64,000 nt of DNA, taken from assembly GCA_040954595.2 (NCBI GenBank), contig CM082580.2:9154390-9218389 (forward strand), read 5' to 3'. A program made the position numbers and the translations under genes. The number at the start of each line of letters is the position of its first letter. The first letter of the stretch is position 1. This stretch comes from Balanoglossus misakiensis. Its lineage: Eukaryota; Animalia; Hemichordata. The notes beneath the pieces were generated by a model. It did not search any database. It saw only the letters and a list, made by a program, of their open reading frames with translations, and was not told where the DNA came from. Positions 1 to 10,900 of this stretch are shown one piece after another.

Positions 1-262
1 TAACCCACAATCACGTACTCATTCACTGCAATAGGATTTCAGCTTGGCATTCTTCAATGTATCTGTGCAGGGGAAGAAAAGGAGAAATATTTGTTAGATG
101 CATATGTATGGAAGTGGTTTTATATTTATGGAATGTTTAAGTATTTACAGTAATGAAGCAGCCATATTGTTAGTCATGCTAAGATGTGAAACAGAAGTTT
201 AGTTTTCTCGGGTGGAGTGATGACATTGTACAATGCTGTGACATAGACGCCACAGGTTTATT

Positions 263-3200
263 TTAACCCAGTCTGACCTTCATCTGTTTGACCTTGGGCG
301 CTTTCTTCTTCATCTCTCGACGGTGTTCACGCTCCTGTAATATAAAGAGGGAAAGAACGGAATCAGATGTGTTGGAGTCAAGCAATATCACAACAAATGA
401 TCCCCTGTACAGTATGACCACAGCAGTGGCGATAGACCCGTTTTGGTGCTTATGACAGCAGCTGGTTATTTCCTGTGCTACCCGAGTGTTACAACACTTC
501 AACAAGAGGCACACGAGCGCGCACTCACCTCCCACTTTCTCTGCTTATCCGGATCATCTTCGTTCATCATTCTCTCCTTGTCCGCTCTGCGCTTCTCTTC
601 TCGGCGATTCTGGGCGGCCTCTTGGCGCTGGCTGTGAGACGCTTTCAGAAAGCTCTCCGCTATCTTGGCTCGGGTTTTGTCAGCCTTGTTTTTACCCTGT
701 GCAAAAGGAAAAAAAGTGCATCGAATTGTCACAATGCACAAATTCTTACAGGTATCAAGTACCAGTGAACAGGGCTCTCCTCAATCTGGTCGGCGACCGT
801 GTCAGTGTGCAAATTGAATTTCAAGAATGTGTATTAGAGAAGCAAGGAAATCTGACCTCTTTGGTGAGTCGGAAGCGTTTGACTTTATCGATGCAATGCA
901 TGACCAGTTTCATCATCGGCTCCATCTTCTGAATGTCCTTTGTTGAGGGGTTACCGCTTCCAGGAACTGTCGGGATGAGATATAAAATTTAAGACTGTGC
1001 TTAGACTCGGGGAGGACTCTTGAACTTTCCTTGAAGATACATGGACTGATTACCTATCACTCAGGGGAAAAAACATACTAAAAGATGACGAGATCAGGAT
1101 GTGTTACTTACCATTAAAACTGAAAATAAGGACCTTCTGAGTTGGGGGCATTTTGGCAGGTTGGCCTTCACTGTAACAAAATAAATTCTATTATTGTAGC
1201 ATACTTCTTAATTGTTACACATTCCAGGTTCCTACGTTGGGATTACAATGTACTGTGTTGTACATGGGTGTGCCATGTGTGTCAAATGAAGATGGTGCAA
1301 GATTTTAAACAGTGGGGGAATCACTTACTCTGTGTTGATTTTGGGTCCCGAGAACTGGTCTGAAAAGTGTAAATAATCGAACATATCCTCATACAAGTTC
1401 AAACAAGTCACGATCTGCAAACGAAGCGACAATTCGTGCGTTAGACTTGGTCGGCTGACACTGTGTGTGACGGGGAGGACAAACAAATTCCAGTGGGTGG
1501 GGGGAGGGTACACAGACATACTTAGAGGCCAAAGTGTTTTTCTCTACTGTTTTTACCGAACATCCCTACCTTGGAATCCAGGATCCCATTGACGATTTCA
1601 CCCATCTCGCTAACCACAGACAACGAGTTAGGAAGTCCATACTTCTCTCCGCTTCTTTTATCGGGACAGAATAAACTCTGTATAAAATATAAGTGGCAAT
1701 GTCAAAAATATAGATATGATCCCACATGTGTACTTGCATAAGCAAATGAGAAATTTGGTTATTATGTTTTATGGACAATATGCAAACATACGCATATTTA
1801 CAGAAGTATACATTCTACGCCTACAATGTACTAACTACATAGGGCGATATGAAAAACAGCAGCATTGCTGGATGGCAGCTTACCAAATCTTGCATGTCTT
1901 TCTGTAACTTGACGGCAGTTTTCTTATCAGCCACAGCAAAGATGAAGCTGTCCATGTCTTCACTGTTCATTGTTACTGTTATCCTCTGAAATCATGACAA
2001 AATGAGCTATAAATTCTGCCATTAAGGTCTGGCATATTGAATGTGTTTGGGACTGACACTGAGATTAAGACAACTTACAATTTGATCACATGTTGGTCGC
2101 ATGTATCGACTGAGAATGCTCAGTAAGTCCTGCCTCTTCACAAACTGAAATGCAACGAAACAAAGACAGTTTCTGTATTAGTGACATGGAATAGAATACA
2201 ACACAAACACAGGTGGCAACCAGCACTACTAACAAAAAATAACCTTACCTTTAATTCAACCAACATGCCTTCACAGCACTGTCTGCCAGAACACCATAAA
2301 GCGTACAAATTTTCACTTTCTTTCATCAAAATACCGGACTGCACTTCTTTGGATTGTCCATCATCTCCTACTATTGCAAAGTTTGTTTCTAATAATTCTT
2401 TGTTTGCCTGCAACCTGCGATATAAAAGCACAACAAGAAAGGTCATTATTGGGAGGGGTGGGGGATAATTTGGGACCCATTCAACGGATATCGTCCTCTG
2501 TTGTTTTTGTTTGGGGGATATTTTACAATGTAAAGAGAAAATGTAGTATCGTCTGCTTTGAAAAGAAACCTGTCCAACACACGTTTCTTCTCCTGTCTTT
2601 TCTATGGTTGTCTCTGCACTTTTTTTGGTGTCTATCAACCACGCAAAAAATACCAATACAATACTCACCAGGCTGTAGCTAGTTTATGGTTTTTCGCCTT
2701 GCCAGCAATAAAATTTAAACAGTAGGCTATAAGCCCACCCAGCATTAAGAGCTCAAGATAGTAGCTATCCCAATTAGTACTGAAATGTACGGGAACCTGA
2801 ATCAGACAAGAACAGAAATGAACCAATTCAGCTCTGTGACATAGTAATAGGAAATACATAAGATTCAATGATGGATGACATATTTACAAGAGCACATTTT
2901 TTTTACTATTGATTATTTTACCTTGGCAATTTTCAGATCAGGAACTTCTGATTTGCCTTTTGTACCCTTCATATCTTTGTCAAAGCCTTCAAACTCTTCT
3001 TCATCAGTAAAATGGTCAAATTCATCTTCATCCTGAAAATAAAAAACATCACCAAATGAATGATTTGTGAAAGTAGCATTTTAGGGCTTCACCAACTCAC
3101 TGTAAGCACTTTCATGAACATAACAAACATAATAAATGTTAACTCAGACCCCAAAACAAACTACGGTAAAAACTTTTGAATATTGTTTACTTCAATTGTG

Positions 3201-3433
3201 ACGTCATCATCTGTAGCTTCTTCGAACTCTGTTTCATCGATAATCTCTTCCTCTCCTTCCTCCTCCTCCTCCTCTCCTTCCGTTTCTATGGTAGCTTCAT
3301 CATCCTCTTCATCACCCAAGTCCTCAAATTCAGCAAAGTCATTGTCCTCAATGTCTGCCCCATGCTGATTTTCAAAACTATGTACAGTCCAGGCAAGAGC
3401 CAAAAATATTACCAGAACTTTACATGACAACAT
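263..3433 (-). CDS. CCDC47: PAT complex subunit CCDC47 (ER membrane chaperone), multi-exon
   Basis: ATG at 3433 starts a signal peptide ([19 protein letters not shown]) and acidic luminal tract ([12 protein letters not shown]). Spliced exons give [33 protein letters not shown] (TM), [31 protein letters not shown] and the C-terminal coiled coil [14 protein letters not shown]...[19 protein letters not shown]. About 11 coding exons with GT-AG boundaries. Stop at 263-265; an alternative terminal exon with stop at 54-56 is possible. Confidence 0.93.
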
Positions 3434-5547
3434 TTTCTTCGTGTTTTTTGTCTGGAAAGTAAAACAACAATCATTTTTACCAAAATTAGATATGTCACTC
3501 AGTTGTGTACAATGACGCCTGGTAACCTTTAATGCTGAAAAATCTTCTTTGTCTATATCAGTAGGTATTGTCACAAAACTCAAAGAATTGGACATTTCTC
3601 ACAAGCACTGATTATCGTAAAACTATTTGGACTCTTGTTTGGTTCCAATGCATTTTGGATCATGGGTCATCTGATTCAGCAGTGATTGTGACCAAGCACG
3701 GCCCCTTTATTACATACCACCTACTGAAACTGACGACTACATATTAGACTTTTGATAACTGGTTGAGCTGCTGGTGTAGACAACGAAATTACACACTGCT
3801 CCAAAGTGTACTGGGAGTGGGACGTGTGTGTAGTACATGTACTTGATAAATGAATGGGCAGGCGAATTCTATTGAAATTTTCAACCCCAGTGATCGTCTA
3901 CCGACTAACCAACAATGGATGTGATCATGAATCAGCATGTTAAAATACCGACTAATTCATGACAAACTGCATTGTTGAAAATTATTTAAAGCTACCCACA
4001 TTCATTTACATACGGCCGGACGCCGGTACATGATCATTTATGATATGTACACTACATGTACACACATTTCATTTGTGTACACGCGCACGCCCGGCCTGGT
4101 TCACATCGATCACCTTATAAATTTAACAATACAGGCACCTAGAAAATTAATTCGATTTCAGAGATAACATTTATATTTTCTAAGTCATTTCGCGTGCAAA
4201 TCGTACCTAAAATATGTACTTACATTGTAGAATATCGACAATAGTATGGATCCAATATTTATTCACTTGCACGCTCACCAAATCATGGCCGCTTGGTGAC
4301 CTCTGACACACCCTGTGAGGAATCCTGGGAGAAATCTGCCCGCACTAGCTAAAGTGGTGATATCTTTTGTTTTTACGTGGGGGTGGGGTGTATGTGGTAT
4401 TTTTTATATGCATTCAATATATGACAGAATGAGTGGCGTCACAATGCTCACAGTAAAGGCATGAATGTCATCAAAATTACCACTAGGGCACTATTTTGAG
4501 CCCTCATTCAACAGAAGGTTGGGGTATGATGATCTGCAAATGCCCACAAGGAAGGGATATCAGCTCTAGCTGATGGACACGAGCTGTTTCTATGCACAAC
4601 ACAAAGAGTTTCTTCGCCACCATGGAACAACTTTATTAAGTCTTTAGATAAGGCAAATCCACACATGAACATAACAAGGTAGCACACAGCATAGTGACAA
4701 AGACCACAAAGACATCATCTTGAAAGTACATGATCTACAATGTCTGCCTGTTAAACAATATGGTAAGCAGAGAATATGATAAGAAGCGTCATAGGTACAT
4801 ATGTAGTTGGGTTTTGCATTGCGAAGGAAACACTGGCAATGAAATAAACAATGTATGCAATTTGTTTCATTCTCTGAGAATAAACATCAATATTTAATTG
4901 TCATGCGATATGAATTTCTAGTGTTTTTAATGTAATAAATTTGTGCTGCATTATGGAAACACTCCAGTAAAACTATATGTTCCAAAATATTCTGTAGGCT
5001 TTTATTTGAATGAAAAAAGAAACTGTACAATGTTTTTCGGTCATGTATATATAGTTTTCGAGATACACTGATGAAAATGTCCATTTGACATGACCAGATG
5101 ACTTGATTTGGTCATCCCTCATCAGTGATTGAAGTATTCATACTGTATCACAGTCTGAAGAGAGGAATCAATTTATTCGACAAGCAAACCTAATGGCTCA
5201 CTTGCACTGGGTGCCGGACGTTTAGACCCCTTGTTAATCAAGCCAGTTTCAACAGATTTGGCAGGATAAGGGTTAGTGTGAATACTGTGACCAAACTTAA
5301 TAAATACCTAATTGTTTGGAGGCAACTGAGAATGGATGAAGCCTTCCATTACAATTTGGCACACAATCCTAGGAATGATTTCAGTTTAGTGTTGCCAAGA
5401 ACAAGATGGTGGCTACTCAGATACATGACACACACAAAAAACCTACAAATTTACTATCATTCACTGGGAAACCATTCTCGTTCGTGGAAAAACTAAACTG
5501 GAATCACGTTGACTCTGATTCACAAGAGAAATACAGGAAGATGGTTA

Positions 5548-6417
5548 TTATTTCTTGAGGGTTTTCCGAATGAGTGCAAGACGTTGCTTGTGAGCCTCTG
5601 TTGTGGCAGATTTTTTGTACGGTCTGACTTCATCAGTTCCAAAGCCCGGAATCCACATGTTCCAGTTACGTTCCAGGTGAAGCTGCATGTCCTTCACCTC
5701 CACCGTGTTGGCTTTCCGATGTTTAGCAAGCTGACAGGCAGCAGTCACTACGCTCTCCACAAAGTCGTCCGCTACTTGCAGTAAGAGTTCTTCCACATCC
5801 TCATCGAGCTGCTCGTTCGGGTCGACCTCCTTGACGAGGTCCTGAAGCCGCCTCTTGGACAGAATCTGATTGCTGTCCGGACTGTTGCGGCCCGGGTTTA
5901 TCACAGGGACTGATGACGAGGAGCCCGCTACGCTGTTCGGCCTGGACATGGTCACCGACACTGGCTGAGTGGTGGTTGTCAGCTGCTGGGTGACAGCTGC
6001 ACCTATTATGGGCAGGGTTGTACTCGTTGTGTTCACTGCAGGCTTGAGAATGTTAACCATGGGCACTGCTGTCGTAGAGGGCGCTGTTTGGGGCGGTTGG
6101 GTTTGTGGAAGGGTTACTTGAGATTGGACAGCTGGCTGTTGTACTAGTTGCTGTGGCGGTTGTACTTGCGGTTGTGTTATTGCTATCGGTGCAATAGATT
6201 GTTGATACTGTTGTTTCGTCGTTTTCAGCTTTTCCTGTTCGGCCAACGCCCGTGCGTGGAGATCTCTCAGTTTGGTCAGGTCTTCCTGTTGTTTGGCATT
6301 GTGAGGTCCCGGTCCCAGAAGAGCAATCTGCGTCTCTATTTCTTTGATTGTCTCTTGTAAAGTCTTTCTCCCGGGAGCCGCCGCTACCGAAATCGTAGTC
6401 GGGGGAGTGGCCATCAT
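5548..6417 (-). CDS. TAF12: TFIID/SAGA subunit TAF12, single-exon CDS with Q/T-rich N-terminal extension
   Basis: Uninterrupted 289-aa ORF. The C-terminal histone-fold region ILSKRRLQDLVKEVDPNEQLDEDVEELLLQVADDFVESVVTAACQLAKHRKANTVEVKDMQLHLERNWNMWIPGFG...TTEAHKQRLALIRKTLKK is the TAF12 signature. Confidence 0.96.
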   Translation of the reverse strand: MMATPPTTISVAAAPGRKTLQETIKEIETQIALLGPGPHNAKQQEDLTKLRDLHARALAEQEKLKTTKQQYQQSIAPIAITQPQVQPPQQLVQQPAVQSQVTLPQTQPPQTAPSTTAVPMVNILKPAVNTTSTTLPIIGAAVTQQLTTTTQPVSVTMSRPNSVAGSSSSVPVINPGRNSPDSNQILSKRRLQDLVKEVDPNEQLDEDVEELLLQVADDFVESVVTAACQLAKHRKANTVEVKDMQLHLERNWNMWIPGFGTDEVRPYKKSATTEAHKQRLALIRKTLKK

Positions 6418-6900
6418 AATAGCAGCTATAGTGTTGTGAAATGAAGCGAGCTAAGAAAATACCAACCGTATATCGTCGCTCACACGCTCGACACAACCCT
6501 TCGGCAGCGGAGGCGCGCCATCTTTTCACAGTCGCAACCTCTTGCAAGCACTTTATTTTACATTCACTGGTTGTTACACCTGTGCGTGGAAAAATGCAAA
6601 ATAATGGGAACTGTTTGAAATAGTTATTATGTAACTACATGTATAAGCCTTCAAAATAGTCAAGATAGAAAATAAATATGCTTTTCTGTCACCAAGTGTT
6701 CGTAACATTATTGGTGCACGAGGCTCATTAATCCATGATGGCGCTGTGTGCAACACTGGAGAATACATAGTAAAAACAAACGAACAGGTGGATCTTAGCA
6801 ACAAAATGGCGGAATAATGTAAATAAACTCATGAAAATACACAACTTGGTACATTTTCTGTGTAGATCGTCGAAAACGTTTTAGTTTAAAGGTGAGAAAT
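6418..6900. promoter_or_regulatory. Putative bidirectional promoter of TAF12 and DLEC1
   Basis: CpG-containing stretch between divergent genes. YY1-type motifs point outward in both directions (CGCCATCTT 6516-6524; AAAATGGCGG 6803-6812). RFX half-site TTAGCAAC at 6795-6802. Donor AAG/GTGAGA near 6891 fits a non-coding first DLEC1 exon. Confidence 0.55.
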
Positions 6901-6997
6901 TCCATATACTTGTGATTGTAATTTAATTTTGAAAGTCTGAATGTCCTTACTGCACATTTTCACTTCACCAGGCGGGCCACGACAAGAGTAACACGTA

Positions 6998-7326
6998 TAT
7001 TGATACAAGTTGATGAGGTCGGGGAGGGGGACTAGCCCGAGGGAGGGGGTTTGTCGTATTTTCTGGCCGTTGTTGCTTCCCCTGCCCCTTCAACCTGGTG
7101 ATCAGAATACAGAAGATACAACAGTCGCTGAATTTTCAACAAAATGTGACTGGGGCCGAAACTCCGCGGTGCCGAAACGACCTGTTACCTATTGATACAA
7201 GTTGATGAGGTCGGGGAGGGGGACTAGCCCGAGGGAGGGGGTTTGTCGTATTTTCTGGCCGTTGTTGCTTCCCCTGCCCCTTCAACCTGGTGATCAGAAT
7301 ACAGAAGATACAACAGTCGCTGAATT
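6998..7326. repeat. 137-bp perfect direct duplication (6998-7134 and 7190-7326; period 192 bp)
   Basis: Both copies read TATTGATACAAGTTGATGAGGTCGGGG...CAGTCGCTGAATT. The ORF track shows identical peptides starting at 7010 and 7202. Confidence 0.92.
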
Positions 7327-7960
7327 AGGAGGGGTGGGGCATAGTTCGGCGTACAGATACTACAATAAGGGCAATAAACATGTACAACATCAATCATAGT
7401 TATTGCGGTTGGGATGTCTGCTTCAACACCAGACATGTCAGAGCTGCAGAGGAATGCTGTCCATCAATCTGCTGTCCCAATAAGAACTGCACCAGACCAC
7501 ATACATTTAAGTGAAATGATATTAGAAATGGGTCTGGTTACCAAAGAAAAGCATACCCAAAATCTTGGGCATTAATTTTCATCAAACACATGCACATAGA
7601 GTCTACTGTCAAGTCAACTTGTTGGCTATGACTCCAATCATGAGTAGTAGAACCTGTACCCTGAAATAGACAGAGGTTTGGAAACTTAACATTTTCACTG
7701 CAGCCCAAAGCATGATCATATAATGTAAATGTGTAAATTGTATGATACAGTTGAGTTGGGAGGCAATGCAGCCAGCTGATCTTTCTCAATATATTTGTGT
7801 GGCAAGCTTTTTTCTTTCTTTCTTTTAAAATAAAAGAGTGGCCACCCCTATTAAATCTTATTGTGATTTATATTATGGACTAAATATAGTAAAATATTAG
7901 CAAAAGTCATTTCTCAGGACCAATACCACACCAATCTAATGTAAGTTTGTTTATTGATAG

Positions 7961-10900
7961 ATGTCTGCCGGCACAGTGAAAAGACTCCCAGAGTCGGAGC
8001 CTCCCATGTACTTGCAGAGGCCGTCCTCTGGAAAATCTCAAGATATATCCCACGTACTGGCAAGTACTTTCCGTGAACTGTTCACCAGGGACTTCGTGGA
8101 ACAGGAACGAGTGAAAAACTTGAATATTTCCAAGAGTACAGATGATGAATACCATGAAAGATATGTGGAGCAACTTAGAAAGGTGAGGCGAAGCATACTG
8201 TCTGTGTGTGCATAGAGAATATGGGGTTGAACTTCAACACAAGGGGAAAGTTAAAGTGACCGACCACCAGTGACTTGCTCTCTAACAAACTCAATTTTAA
8301 AAGCCTTGAGTCAATTTGAGGAGTCACCAGTGAGTTGGTTGAGTCAGTGGCGCGTAGTTCAGTTGACTTTACCAGCTTTTCATACGTCTGTTCAGTTTAA
8401 TAGTCTTACCTCATTCCCGTGCTTTCCATTTCAACCCGGTTAGGTGCAAGCAGAACGAGAGCGTCGAATGGCTGAAGCTGCCATGTTGGAGCGTCACATC
8501 ATGCAGGCCCGCGCCCGTGCCATGTCGGCTGATGAGAGAGCTTTGAACCGAGCGGCAGAGGGCTGTGAAGTGTACCACGACCTAGGCTTACCTCCAGGTT
8601 AGTCTATATCTCCTTTATTCCTTGTTGTTGTCATTTCGGGCTAGATTCCAAAATGTTAGTGTTTTGTCGCCTGTTGGCTGTAATGAAGTACTTATGTTTC
8701 ATTTCAGGCTCGTTTCTGACTCAGAAATATTACTCTGGCTGCATAAAAAAGAATAACATTGTCTTTCTCATTCACTTTCAGTTGGGTCAAACTACACACA
8801 TGTCCTTGACAGTGAAATGTTGAAGAAACATCACTTGATTGTCCCCGAAGACTTTTCTACTGCTGAACCACCAAGGGCACCACCACCTAGAGGTCAGCCG
8901 CCCATCATTTTCATAAACCCTAACAGTGCCAAGTTTTCATTTCCAAGGAGCTCCACCTCAGATCAAAATAACATGTCATTGGGGTGAAAGGGTTAAAGTA
9001 CATTTCCATTTTAGCCCAAAAATATAATTGTGTTGTAGCATTGTATATCATCTGGATTTATTCTCATTGACAGCGGCCTCAAGGCCTCACTATGCAGAGG
9101 AGACAATGACGTCAATCCAACATGTGGATGAAGCTTCACCGCGACTGGAACCCCATGTACCAGGAACAAGCTCAAAGAGTAAAGTATGTATAGTAATGAC
9201 CATAAAATTCAGTTTTTACTGTCGACCCCAGTGATTCCATTGTACAGTCAAATCTCCGAACTCATCACTTTTCATTTTCATTAGCAGAAGCCAGAGAGAA
9301 GAAGCATCGACAAATGGCAAGAGAGCATGAAACCTCAGAAGAGAGAGATGGACAGAACCGACCTAGCTCTGCTCCATCGCCGATCAGACTTCTTAAAAAA
9401 TCCACGGCACCGGCCGCCTTCATCACTGGAGGGGTCAAAAACGTTAATCAAACCAAACAAAGTCGTCAAAGAGCTGGGTGGCGCCAAGGCGACTGTGATA
9501 GATATAGAAGAGTAAGTGTTTCTAAGTTGTTGGATTTTTGTTTTGCAGGTTAGCAGACCTTAGGGAAATCATCGGATTATTTCTTACTCACTTCCAGCCC
9601 CCAATAACCTTATTGTTGTGTTCTTCTACTGCAGCCCTAAAAAGCCATCAGTGGTTTTTCTGGCCGACCCAGAGACTGTAGTTTTTACAACTTACCAAGT
9701 TGGACAAGTCTATGAGATGACTTTAGATTTAAAAAATGTTTCTGCAGCTAGTCGTCAGCTGAGAGTGATTCCACCAAAATCGCAGTATTTTACCGTAGGT
9801 CTAGGTAAGATTTTTTTGCGTATTACTTTTGAGGGTGAAGAATTGAGCCTGATTTGAACATGCTAAATCCACCCTCCTTTAATTTATAGTAAGACCTTTT
9901 CAAGTGCATATTTCATATCACTGATAATAAAAATTTAAGTGATAACTAGTGGGAATTTAACTTACAACCAAAACAGTGAAATTTAACCTTCACATTCTGA
10001 CACAAAATACTTCCGATTGCAGGAAAATTTCCAGGTGAGCAAGGAATAATTGCACCTGGAATGAGCGTTCAATATAACATCCGTTTTGTACCCGATTCTT
10101 TGATGGACTACGATGACCAGATTACGGTACAAACACAGTCGAGTGCTCCGCTTATTGTCAAACTACTAGGGAGGAGGAGACCGCCAGTCTTGACATGTGA
10201 GTGTTTCTTGCACCTCCCATTGATTGGGGGCATGTTTAGATGCTCTTGGCATGGTGATTGCGCAAATGTGCGTGTATATTACATGTGATATTTCGGTTAG
10301 CCTGTTCGAGGTTCAATGAAGTTAGATCCCTTAAATATGTCTCATTATAAGATTCACATGGATGGAAAATATGTTTTAGAAGTACTACTGGTAGTATGTA
10401 CATATTTTGATAATGCATACATGCTGCAAAAAATCTATGACACACTGTTGGAAATGTAGCATTCATTTTGTTTTTCCCATTTTCTTGCAGTACCTGAGGA
10501 GATAGACAGCGGTCACTGTCTTGTTGGTGGTTTAAAAGTTACTCATTTTATCGTCAAAAATTTAGGGGGTGATGGTAGGTTTTGCATCATGCCCAGAAAA
10601 AACTGGCCAGCTTCAAATTTTCAGGTAGGAATTATTCAAAATATTAAGTAATTATAAATTTTATATGAAAAAAAACAGATGACATTGGGACATTGTGTAC
10701 ACGTAAATAACACCTACATGCGCATGTTTCTAATCCCCCCTCTATTTTCCTACAGTCTGTTTCACAGCTAATAGAACTCGAACCATTTGAAGTGCGACCA
10801 GCTGTCTTTGAGTTACCAGCAAATCAGGCTATCATCATTGAGGTGAGTACAACACGTCTTGCATTCCTTGTGATTTATTTCTGGTGTACTAACTGAGAGC

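Noticed and set aside
6998-7326. Direct repeats as LTRs or a CRISPR-like unit
   Set aside because: Only two 137-bp units with a 55-bp spacer, no TG...CA termini or PBS, and a eukaryotic context without cas genes.
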